NCBI GenBank assembly: GCA_043775315.1 | Contig: JAYVSO010000010.1 | Location: 17,631-81,630 of the forward strand | Direction: 5' to 3' | DNA from: Verrucomicrobiota bacterium | GTDB lineage: Bacteria; Verrucomicrobiota; Verrucomicrobiia; Limisphaerales; CANJSG01 | Length of the DNA: 64,000 nt | Shown here: positions 33,716 to 42,960 of the stretch, one piece after another | How positions within the stretch are numbered: position 1 is the first letter of the stretch | Layout: every line of letters begins with the position of its first letter | Made by a program: the position numbers and the translations under genes | The notes under the pieces: model-generated | The model's database searches: none | Told to the model about the DNA's origin: nothing | The model's input: the letters and a program-made list of their open reading frames with translations, nothing else

Positions 33716-35086
33716 TCACCGTCGCTTCCTCAAATCCACCCTCACCAATTCCTGATCGTTCCGCACCAGGACGTGTCCGTTGGCGAACGCGGGATGCGAC
33801 CAGACGACCGGTCGGCTCCCGGCGAGATTCGTGGGCTCAAGAATGTGCTGACGGCTGACCTCATCGTAGCCGGCAGATGAGAGCTTCGCGAGGATCAGGT
33901 CGCCCTTCTCGTTCCAGATGAAGAAGCGGTCGCCGTTCTTGACGAGGAAGGCGGTGCCCCAGCGGGCCGGCTTCAGATCCGGCGTCGTTGGCACGAGTGA
34001 TTCCCAGACGCGTGCGCCGGTATCGGCCTTGATGCAGCGCAACTGTCCGTAGCCACACACGCCGTAGATGTAGCCGCCTTCCATGAAAGGCGTGCTCATG
34101 AGGCTCTGGAGGCTCTCGGGATTGTTTTCGTTCTTCCCCTTGATCTTCCACACGACCGAAGCGTCGGGCTCGTTCGCATCCAGCTTCAGCATCATGAAAC
34201 CGTCGAAGAACGACGAAACGAACAGCTTATCCCCCAACCGCCGCGGAGTGCCTATGGCGTGGGCCATCTTGGTCGGAAACGCCTGCGTCCAGAACAGCGT
34301 GCCCGCGCTCGGGTCGAGCGAGGTCAACGCCAGCGAATCCCACACAATCAACTGCTCGCGGCCGCCTGCCTTGATGAGGATGGGCGACGAGTAGCCTGGC
34401 TCCTTTGATGTGAGCGAACGCCAAAGCTCCTTGCCCGTGCGTTTGTCAAAGGCGATCACGGACGTGCCTTCTCCGCCGACGAGGCAGAAGATCCGGTCGC
34501 CCGCGATCAACGGCGTCGACGCCACGCCCCACGTCTGCGTGGGCGCGCCGAAGTCGGTCGGATAATGGCGGCTCCAGAGCAGCTTGCCGGTCTTGGCATC
34601 AAGGCAACGCAGATGTCCGTCGGCGCCGACGGTGTAAACGCGACCGGCGCCGACCTGCGGCATGGCGCGCGGACCGGACGGATAGGAGAGGTTGTAGGGA
34701 CAGTCGTAGTCATGCTCCCAGAGGAGCTTCCCGGTCCGTTCATCGAGACAGAGCACGCGCTCCACGCCGGGAATGCTCGTCCGGTCCATGTAGGGATTCT
34801 TCGGCTGGTTCTGCGGCGAACCGGCGACGCGGTCGGTGAGGTAGACGCGGCCATCGGCCACGGCGGGCGCACTGTAACCGGCCCCAACCTTCACGCGCCA
34901 CGCGATGGGCAGCCCATTCGTCGGAAACCGCTCAACGATGCCGGACTCGCGCCAGACGGAATCCCGTTCCGCCCCGAGCCACTGCGCCCAGTCGGCGGCG
35001 ATAACACTGAGCCGGGAGCTGAGCAGCACCAAGGCCAAGGCCCACCGAACGTTTATAAGCTTGGAAATCACAGGCCGGTGTTTCAT
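33716..35086 (-). CDS. PQQ-like beta-propeller repeat protein (secreted)
   Basis: Signal peptide plus repeated ..G.VY....DG.L.CLD..TGK.LW.. propeller blades. Confidence 0.8.
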   Translation of the reverse strand: MKHRPVISKLINVRWALALVLLSSRLSVIAADWAQWLGAERDSVWRESGIVERFPTNGLPIAWRVKVGAGYSAPAVADGRVYLTDRVAGSPQNQPKNPYMDRTSIPGVERVLCLDERTGKLLWEHDYDCPYNLSYPSGPRAMPQVGAGRVYTVGADGHLRCLDAKTGKLLWSRHYPTDFGAPTQTWGVASTPLIAGDRIFCLVGGEGTSVIAFDKRTGKELWRSLTSKEPGYSSPILIKAGGREQLIVWDSLALTSLDPSAGTLFWTQAFPTKMAHAIGTPRRLGDKLFVSSFFDGFMMLKLDANEPDASVVWKIKGKNENNPESLQSLMSTPFMEGGYIYGVCGYGQLRCIKADTGARVWESLVPTTPDLKPARWGTAFLVKNGDRFFIWNEKGDLILAKLSSAGYDEVSRQHILEPTNLAGSRPVVWSHPAFANGHVLVRNDQELVRVDLRKRR

Positions 35087-35182
35087 GTAAATCAGAGGAC
35101 GGGATCAAGTCGGTTGAAATGTAAAAAAGGAAGCGTGCAAACGGAAATCGCGGGAACGCTCGGCTGGCGAATCGATCGAGGT

Positions 35183-36061
35183 TCAGAGGGCAATCAGAAG
35201 CTTCACATTGTCGTCGATCCAGGCTCCGACCTCGTGGACGCGGTGGTAGCGATGGCTCCATTCCGGGATGGGCGCGAGGTCCCAGCGCCATTGCCGATCC
35301 GGCAGCGGGAGGCCGATCGGCTCGGTGAGCGGCTCGCGACGGAGAAGTTTTCCTTCGGGCGAAATGTTGAGACGCGCTGCATCGGCCATGAGCAGGCGTC
35401 GTCCTGGGCGTTCGCCCAGCCACCGCACATGACGACGCGCGGCCGCTTCGGCGCACCGGGAAATAAAGAGCGGATCCGGTTGCGCTTTCGCCAGCGACTC
35501 GGCGGGCACTAGGCCGATCTGGGAAAGACAGTTGGCCGAGATGACCAGATCGGGTTCGCCACCGGGCGGCGGACCAGGATCGGCTTGCTCGAAAATGGAC
35601 GCGGCTTCCCCTGTCGTGAGGGGGCCTGAAGTTCGGGCCAAAATCGCCAACGCGCCGGTCGCATCCCAGACCACTCCCTTCACTTTGGTGGGAAGGTTCT
35701 TTTCGAACTCGCGGACCACCGGGCTGATGACGACGTCGGCAAGGATCACTTCCCCAAAACGCGCAGCCAAGTCCGGCACCGGAACGTCGAGGCAATCCCC
35801 TGCCCCGACGACCAGGACACGATTCCGGAGCGGGCATCGCTCGGCAACATCCCGGATGGCGGCGTGCGAACTTTCCAGATGGGATTTCCACGCCTTGGCC
35901 ACGCGGATGTGGCGCGCATCGATGGCGACGTGCTCACGCACAAGCCCAAGTCGCCGGGCCGCCGGATGGGCGTCGACACGGAGCGAGCGGATGAACTGGC
36001 GCAGCACGGGGGGAGATTGCGGAAGGAGCGCGATCGCGTCCCGCAAAAACTCCGGCCGCAC
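35183..36061 (-). CDS. Hypothetical protein, possibly a Rossmann-fold methyltransferase
   Basis: VLVVGAGDCLD glycine-rich motif followed by ..ILADVV... No firm family assignment. GTG start 6 nt after the upstream stop. Confidence 0.5.
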   Translation of the reverse strand: MRPEFLRDAIALLPQSPPVLRQFIRSLRVDAHPAARRLGLVREHVAIDARHIRVAKAWKSHLESSHAAIRDVAERCPLRNRVLVVGAGDCLDVPVPDLAARFGEVILADVVISPVVREFEKNLPTKVKGVVWDATGALAILARTSGPLTTGEAASIFEQADPGPPPGGEPDLVISANCLSQIGLVPAESLAKAQPDPLFISRCAEAAARRHVRWLGERPGRRLLMADAARLNISPEGKLLRREPLTEPIGLPLPDRQWRWDLAPIPEWSHRYHRVHEVGAWIDDNVKLLIAL

Positions 36062-36067
36062 CGAATC

Positions 36068-36646
36068 CTACTTGCCCTTGAGCCAGCGCGTGGCGGCTTC
36101 GGCGACGCGTTTGCCGAGGATCTCGCCGGTGAGCTTGTCGGCGTCGTTGGGCGCGACATCGACCAGCTCCTGGCCCGCCTGCCCCATGACGCCGCTGTAG
36201 CTGGAGAGGCGGTTGATGCCCTTGTCGTTGAGCGGCAGTTCCGGCATTCCGATCCACACCATGCCGTGCTGCATGGCGAGGGTGAAGAAGTAGTGGAGCG
36301 TGCTCAGCTAGTCGCCGCTCGCGCCCATGGACACGTTGAATCCGGCGGCGATCTTGTCGCGCCAACCCGACTGGAACCAACGGCCGGCCGTCGCGTCGGC
36401 GAAGCATTTGAACTGTCCCGAAGGTCCGCCCATGTAGGTCGGCGAACCGAAGATGACGGCATCGCTCTCATCGATGGCGGCCAGAAAGGCGTCGTTCTTG
36501 AAGCGGCCCTTCTCGATGTCATCGCCGCTGATGGCGAGGATCTGGACTTTGATGTCCGCGACGGAGCCCGCGCCCTTGGCTACGGCTTCGGCCAACTTGG
36601 CTGTGTGGCCCGTGCCTGAATGATAGACGATGGAAACGGTGGTCAT
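36068..36646 (-). pseudogene. WrbA-like flavodoxin / NAD(P)H:quinone oxidoreductase interrupted by in-frame TAG
   Basis: The two track ORFs (36308..36646 and 36068..36274) are in the same frame. Read-through gives ..FNVSMGASGD*LSTLHYFFTLAMQHGMVWIGM.., collinear with WrbA. The N-terminus IVYHSGTGHT is the flavodoxin FMN loop. Confidence 0.75.
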
Positions 36647-36800
36647 GTTTGTTGCGTGGAGGATTGAAACCCGACCGTGAAGACACGTGCCCCAGCCACC
36701 GGGTATTGCAAGCCCCAGTCGGTGACAATCGGGAGGCGGGCCTGAGAGCCTGAAGAATTCAGGTTTTCACGACGGGGGAGGGTTGCGTAGGTTGCAGCCA

Positions 36801-38018
36801 ATGGCGTGGCGCATCCATGACAGCGTGATCCGTGGAGAGATCGACAACCGCGAGAGGGACGTCGTGCGCGGACGCCTGTGGCTCGACGGGCTCGACGCTC
36901 CCGCCGAACTCGAATTGCGCGGCAACGCCTGCAAGGACCTGGCCGGTTGTCTCCTGACGTTCACCAATCCGCTTCCGACCATCAAGCTGCCGGTCGATTC
37001 CGGGATCACGGCGAAGCAGACGGGGACGATCGGAGACCTGACCGCGTCCCGGAAGGTTCGGGTCTACGATGTGCCGGTGGACGAGACGCTGGAGATGACC
37101 CAACGCGGTGAACGCCCCAAGGAGCACCTGGCCAATTGCCTCTACCTCGAGTGGTTCAGCGACGCAAACGGGCGGATCGTGGTGGAGAGCGCGAATTTTT
37201 GTCTGACCATTTCGGAGCCGCTGTGGCGACTGACCCCGGAGGATGAATCGAACCGGCTCCGGCAGGCGGCCGAGGGTTTCACCGGATTCATCGGCAAGCT
37301 GAACAAGGCTTTGGAAGCGGCCAAGGTCGAGTTCCGTGAGGACAAGGAGTGGAACGAGTTCGACTACGAGAAGTTCATGAAGGAGTCCGATGCGCGCACG
37401 GACAAATACATGGAGCTCGTCGACAAGTATCAGGACCACCCCGACGCCGATTCGATCATCGCGCAGGAGATGGGCTGGGAAACGTCGGAAGGTTCCAGCG
37501 AAAACTCGGACGCCGAGTCCGCGGATCCCGAGGACGGACTCCTCGAAGTGGACGAGATCAACCGCATCACCGAAGAAGCCCTGGACCTTGAACCGGATCC
37601 CGCCACCGAGGGCGTGAACTGGATCCGCACCGCGGACGGCGACATCCGGCACCCGCTCCGCCACCGCTGCACGGAAGCCGCCGTGCGCATCTGGAAGACC
37701 TGCGACGAACTCGGACTGGAACAACACACCGATACGGATCTGCACCGCTTCGTCTTCGAGTTCCAATGCACCGGCGCCAAACTCGCGGGGGCCCTGGACG
37801 GCCTCGCCTACGCCTCGGACGCCGACGATCCGGCCTTCATCGTAGCCCGGCTCAAACGGGCACTGGACCATCTGCACCGTTCACAAGGCGGCCTAGAGGC
37901 CGTGGCCGTGAAAGGACTCGCTCCGGCGGACTTTGTGACGGGATTCAGGAAAGAGACCTTCGAGATACGGGAAGAGATTCTCCGGTTGATGGACCGCTTC
38001 AGGCGAAACGAGACCTGA
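36801..38018 (+). CDS. Hypothetical acidic protein, no recognisable domain
   Basis: Balanced amino-acid composition, unlike the antisense ORF. ATG at 36801 (MAWRIHDSVIRGEIDN..). Central Asp/Glu/Ser-rich linker. Confidence 0.6.
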   Translation: MAWRIHDSVIRGEIDNRERDVVRGRLWLDGLDAPAELELRGNACKDLAGCLLTFTNPLPTIKLPVDSGITAKQTGTIGDLTASRKVRVYDVPVDETLEMTQRGERPKEHLANCLYLEWFSDANGRIVVESANFCLTISEPLWRLTPEDESNRLRQAAEGFTGFIGKLNKALEAAKVEFREDKEWNEFDYEKFMKESDARTDKYMELVDKYQDHPDADSIIAQEMGWETSEGSSENSDAESADPEDGLLEVDEINRITEEALDLEPDPATEGVNWIRTADGDIRHPLRHRCTEAAVRIWKTCDELGLEQHTDTDLHRFVFEFQCTGAKLAGALDGLAYASDADDPAFIVARLKRALDHLHRSQGGLEAVAVKGLAPADFVTGFRKETFEIREEILRLMDRFRRNET

Positions 38019-38032
38019 CCGGTCCGCCCAGG

Positions 38033-41000
38033 TCAGGCGCGAGGCGCGCGGTTCCGACGCGCGGCCTCGATGAGGTCGCGCACCTGGGCGACGAGTTCGG
38101 AGGGCAGGTAGGGCTTGGAGAGCATCCGGCACCCGGCTGGAAGCGACGTCGGACCATCCCCTTCGGGCGCGGCGTAACCGGAGCAGAAAAGGAACGGCAC
38201 TCCGGGACTGAGGGAACGAATGCGTTCATACGCCTCGCGGCCGCCCATCCGCGGCATCACCACGTCGGACACGACGACATCGATCGCGCCGAGCCGGGAA
38301 CTGAACCGTTCACACGCATCGGCGCCGTCGACGGCGGTGATGACCTCGAAACCGGCCCGTTGCAGCACCCGGCACCCGAGCGCCCTCACCAGTTCCTCGT
38401 CCTCGACGAGCAGCACCGTGCCGACGCCAGCCCCGGGCGCAGCCACGGAAACCCCGGCCGCCCCCCGATGGACCGGGATTGTCGCCGGAAGGTAGACCTT
38501 GAAGCATGTGCCCGAGCCCGGTGCGCTTTGGACTTCGATGAAGCCTTCGTGCTGCTGGATGATTCCGTAGACGACGGACAGCCCGAGGCCCGTTCCACGG
38601 TCCTTGGACTTCGTGCTGAAGAACGGCTCGAAGATCCTCGTCATGGTTGCCGCGTCCATGCCGCAGCCGTTGTCCCGGAAGGTCCAGACGACGTGCGGGC
38701 CCGTCTTCTGCGGGGGCATCTGCTGGGAAACGCGGCCGGACTGGACCTGCTCGACCCCCATTCCGATCCCAAGGCGGCCGCCCTCGGGCATCGCGTCGCG
38801 CGCGTTGACGCAGAGGTTCAGGAAGACCTGTTCCAATTGTCCGCGGTCGGCCCGGACCCAGGCGCTCGGGTCCTGCCCTTCGAGAGCGATCTCGATGTTC
38901 TCGCCGATCACGCGACGGACCAGCTTGAGCATGTCGTCGGTGACGCTGTTGAGATCGAGGTCCGACTTCTCGAGCGCCTGCTGGCGTCCGAAGGCAAGGA
39001 GTTGCCGGGTGAGCTGGGCCGCCTTTTCAGTCGCATCGAGCACGATCCGCAGGTGGGCCAGGGTTTCCGGCGAAGGCGCCCCGCTCTCGGTGGCGAACGA
39101 CGCGTAGCCGCGGATAATCTGGAGGAGGTTGTTGAAGTCATGCGCCACGCCCCCCCGCGAGCAGGCCGATCGCCTCGAGCTTCTGCGCTTGGCGGACCTG
39201 CTCCTCCAGCTGGACCTCCCGCGACTTGTCGCGCGAAACCAGCACGTAGCTGAGCAGCCGCCCCATGTCGTCGCGCACCGGCGACACGACGCCGTCGTCG
39301 CGTGTCGCGGTGCCGTCGGCCCGAACGGCCTCAAGCGGGCCGGACCAGGTCCCACGACGGACGATCTCCTCGATCACGGCAGCAAACTTCGGCGGCGCGC
39401 CATGCTTGCCGGTGCACAGGACCCAGTCCCACGTATTGCCGACAAGCCTCGTGCCGACCGCGCCGAAGCGCAGCTCGAACGAGTGGTTGACGAACTGGAC
39501 GACACCCGCCGGATCGAAGAGGACGACCGCTTCGGACGCCTGCTCGACGGCGCTGGCAAGCCGGATCAATTCAATCTCGTTGAGCTTCCGCGAATGGACG
39601 TCAAGGCGAGTGCCCGCGACCCGAACGGGCTGGCCGTCGGCCGACCGCTCCACCACCGCTCCCCTCTCCTGCACCCATCGATAAACGCCGGACTTGGTGC
39701 GGAGGCGGTGGACGACCTCAAGTTGGGTGGATCGTCCGGCGAGATGTTCCTCCACGAGCCTGCGGGTCGAGGGAAGATCCTCGGGATGGATCTCGCGTTC
39801 CCACGCGGCCGGCCCGGTCGGATACTCCTCCGGCTTGAAGCCGAGCATCGAGGCTGACTGGGCGTTGAAGCTGATCAATCCGGAAGCGACATCCCATTCC
39901 CACGTCCCGAGATCGGCCGCATGGACCACATTCTCCAGGCGGCTCTGCGTCGTGCGGCGGGCGGCGGCCTCGTCGGCCAGCAGGCGGTTCGAGACGACGA
40001 GTTCCTCGGTCTTCAGCCGGACTTCCAACCCGATCTTCTCCGTCCGCCGGCGGAGCGACGTGACATGGACGTGCATGACGCCGGTCAGGAGGAGCCCAAG
40101 TCCGAAGACCACGTAGGGAAGCGGGGACGTCTGCGCCCCCACCCACTCCGACGTCGGGCTGGCGATGATCCGCCAGTCGCGTCCGACGATGGAGAGCTTC
40201 CTCTCTCGGAAAAACGGTCGGCCCCGGATCACGGCGGCGGCCTGGGACGCCCGGGCGTCCCGGAGGTCTGACAGTCTGGCATGAAGGCCCTCGATGCGCG
40301 CGCCCGGCGTGGCATCGAGGATTGCGAAGTCGAGGTATTGCTGGGCGCCCGACGCGCTGATGGAGTCGATCATGGGCTCCAATCGCAGCACGATCTGGAC
40401 AAAACCCCGGAGCCGAGGACTGGCTCCGACCACGGACGCGGCAGTCCGGTCGAACGCTGGCGCGACCAGTATCCAACCGGGGCTGCCCTCCGGCGCCTGC
40501 ATCAACTGGAAGGCGTCGGTGGCGACCATCCGCCGCGAGCTTTCCGCGCGCCGCAGGAATTGCACCGTCGGTCCGGTGACGAGGTCATATCCGACCACCG
40601 ATTTGTTGGAGGCCGACGGATAGACGTAGACGATGGGCAGATACTCCCGCTGCTCAACCGGAGCTGTGACCAAAGCGTGGTCGCCCTGCCGGATCTTCAC
40701 CGAGAACCCCGGCTCGGCCTTTGTCATTTTTTCTTCAAGCACGTGCCGCTCTTCGGGGCCGGAGATGCTCGGGATCCATTCGACCGCCTGGACGCCCGGC
40801 CCTAGCGCAACGAGCTGTGTCGAAAAATGGTCGAACTCGGCCGGATCCACCTCGTCGGATGATTCGAAGAAAACGCGGAGGGCGGTCAGGATCGAGGCAT
40901 AACGCTGGATCCCCCGCTCCAGCTCGTCGACCTGCTGGTCGACGTTGCGACCGGCATCTTCGTCGATCCGAAGCCGCTCGGAGCGCAGCGCGATGACGAG

Positions 41001-41099
41001 CGCCGCGAACGAGATCGCGACGCCCAACACGAGCAACGGCCAACCGCGCGCCATCGGCACGTCGTCCGGCCCTTTCTTGATTTCCTTATCCTGGTCCAT
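38033..41099 (-). pseudogene. Hybrid sensor histidine kinase (TM-CHASE-TM-PAS-PAS-HisKA-HATPase-REC), frameshifted within the H-box
   Basis: Track ORFs 39138..41213 and 38033..39355 overlap in different frames. One ends ..QKLEAIGLLAGGRGA*, and the other continues ..GGVAHDFNNLLQIIRGY... The join is a C7 run at 39150-39156. Confidence 0.8.
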
Positions 41100-41216
41100 T
41101 CCTGAACACCGTTCCCCGGGAAGACGGCCGCCGGCCATTGCCACCTGAGAGGCATTTACCCGCCGGACAGACATTCGGCTTGTAACGTCCGCGCACCCCA
41201 TTTCATCTCCCACCCG

Positions 41217-42014
41217 ATGCCCCGCGATCTTGATAACAAAACAGTCGTCATCATTGGAGGAACCAGCGGCCTGGGCCTGTCCGCGGCCAAAGCCTGCATC
41301 CGTGCAGGCGGTTTCGTCGTCATCGTCGGCCGGGACGGCGACAAGGCCGCCGAGGCGGCTCGTTCCCTGGGATCCAGTGCCACAAGTCTAACGGGCGAAG
41401 CCACGGACGCAACTTTGGCGGATAGGGCGATCGCCGTTGCCCTTGAACGCCACGGGAGCTTCCACGCGCTCTACCATGTCGCCGGCGGAAGCGGGCGCAG
41501 ACACGGGGACGGGCCGCTCCATGAGATGACCGACGAGGGATGGAACCACACCTTGAACCTCAACTTGTCCTCCGCCGCGTGGTCGAACCGCGCGGCGGTC
41601 CGCCAGTTTCTCCGACAAGGCACCGGCGGCAGTGTCGTGAACTGCGGCTCCGTCCTCGGCAGCCATCCCTCGCCCGCGTTCTTCTTCACCCACGCCTACG
41701 CCGCGGCGAAGGCCGCCATCGCGGGACTGACACGTTCCGCCGCCGCCTACTACGCCCCGCACGGAATCCGCTTCAATGTCGTCGCTCCCGGACTTGTCGC
41801 GACGCCGATGTCCGAGCGGGCGCAGGCCAACGACGAGATCATGCGGTTCATCCGCACCAAACAACCGCTCGACGGGGGCCGCATCGGCCAACCCGAGGAC
41901 CTCGACGCCGCCGTGGTCTGGCTGCTGTCGGACGAGGCGCGTTTCGTCACAGGCCAGGTGATCGCCATCGATGGCGGGTGGTCCGTCAGTGAAGGCCAGA
42001 TTCCCCACGAGTAA
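41217..42014 (+). CDS. SDR family oxidoreductase
   Basis: TVVIIGGTSGLGLS cofactor motif and the YAAAKAA catalytic motif. Confidence 0.85.
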   Translation: MPRDLDNKTVVIIGGTSGLGLSAAKACIRAGGFVVIVGRDGDKAAEAARSLGSSATSLTGEATDATLADRAIAVALERHGSFHALYHVAGGSGRRHGDGPLHEMTDEGWNHTLNLNLSSAAWSNRAAVRQFLRQGTGGSVVNCGSVLGSHPSPAFFFTHAYAAAKAAIAGLTRSAAAYYAPHGIRFNVVAPGLVATPMSERAQANDEIMRFIRTKQPLDGGRIGQPEDLDAAVVWLLSDEARFVTGQVIAIDGGWSVSEGQIPHE

Positions 42015-42030
42015 CCGCGGCCGAGAATCC

Positions 42031-42960
42031 ATGACTCCGTCCCAATACCTGATCGGCATCGACCTAGGCGGCTCTTCCGTCAAATCGCTCGCCGTGGCGC
42101 CGACGGGAGAACCGCTCTTCCAGCACACGCTGGCCTTCGACGACACCGCGCCATTCGCCTTCGCCAACGCGGTGAAGAACGCCGTCGGGCAGATCGAGAA
42201 CGAAGCGGGGACACGGTCCAAGATCATCGGGATCTCGGCTCCGGGGCTCGCCCACCGGAGCGAACGCAGCATTGCCCACATGCCCGGGCGGCTGTCCGGG
42301 CTCGAGGGCTACGACTGGAAATTTGAACTAGGGCGGGACCATCCGGTGCCGGTTTTGAACGACGCCCACGCGGCATTGCTCGGGGAACACTGGCTCGGCG
42401 CAGCACGAGGCGTGGACAACGTGTTCATGATCACTCTGGGAACAGGCGTCGGCGGGGCCGCCATGGTCGACGGCCGGCTGCTCCGCGGGGCGATAGGCCG
42501 GGCCGGGCACCTTGGCCACATCTCGCTCGACCTCCACAGCCCGAGCTTCGACATCTGCGGAATCCCGGGGAGTTTGGAGGGCCTAGTCGCGACCTGCACA
42601 ATCAAGGAACGATCAGGAGGCAGGTTTGAAACCATCCAGGCGCTGGTCGCCGCCGTGGAACACAACGACGCCGGCGCGCGCGCCATCTGGGAGGATTCTC
42701 TCCGCGCCCTCGCCGTGGGAATCGCCTCGTTGATCAACGTCCTCGATCCGGAGACCGTCGTGGTCGGCGGCGGGGTTTCACGGGCGGGCGCCACCCTGTT
42801 CGAGCCGTTGAAACGCCATCTTGCCCACTACGAATGGCGGCCGGGCGGCCACACGGCGAAGATCGTCCCCGCACAACTCGGAAGCATGGCGGGAGCTTAC
42901 GGTGCGGCGTTCAACGCTTCGGCGAACTCGGACCGGCTGAGGCAGGTTCAAGCTTCCTGA
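42031..42960 (+). CDS. ROK family protein (sugar kinase-like)
   Basis: LIGIDLGGSSVK ATP motif, ..VLNDAHAALLGE.., ..GTGVGGA... The ROK zinc motif is degenerate (DICGIPGSLEG). Confidence 0.8.
   Translation: MTPSQYLIGIDLGGSSVKSLAVAPTGEPLFQHTLAFDDTAPFAFANAVKNAVGQIENEAGTRSKIIGISAPGLAHRSERSIAHMPGRLSGLEGYDWKFELGRDHPVPVLNDAHAALLGEHWLGAARGVDNVFMITLGTGVGGAAMVDGRLLRGAIGRAGHLGHISLDLHSPSFDICGIPGSLEGLVATCTIKERSGGRFETIQALVAAVEHNDAGARAIWEDSLRALAVGIASLINVLDPETVVVGGGVSRAGATLFEPLKRHLAHYEWRPGGHTAKIVPAQLGSMAGAYGAAFNASANSDRLRQVQAS

Noticed and set aside
25906-36310. Stop-codon reassignment or programmed read-through as the explanation for the in-frame TAA (25906) and TAG (36308)
   Set aside because: Both TAA and TAG terminate well-defined neighbouring genes at the expected positions (porin TAA at 8982; AraC TAG at 10471). 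Ordinary nonsense mutations or base-call errors are more parsimonious.
36759-37877. A 372-aa minus-strand ORF overlapping the orphan gene 36801..38018
   Set aside because: Its composition (Gly/Val/Arg/Leu/Asp-rich, few Lys/Asn/Tyr) looks like an antisense shadow, whereas the plus-strand product has normal protein composition. I kept the plus-strand call, though without homology evidence for either.
42911-42960. A 50-nt overlap of the convergent ROK and pseudokinase gene ends
   Set aside because: Both C-termini are low-information tails. Such overlaps are common in GC-rich genomes with sparse stop codons, and nothing suggests antisense regulation.
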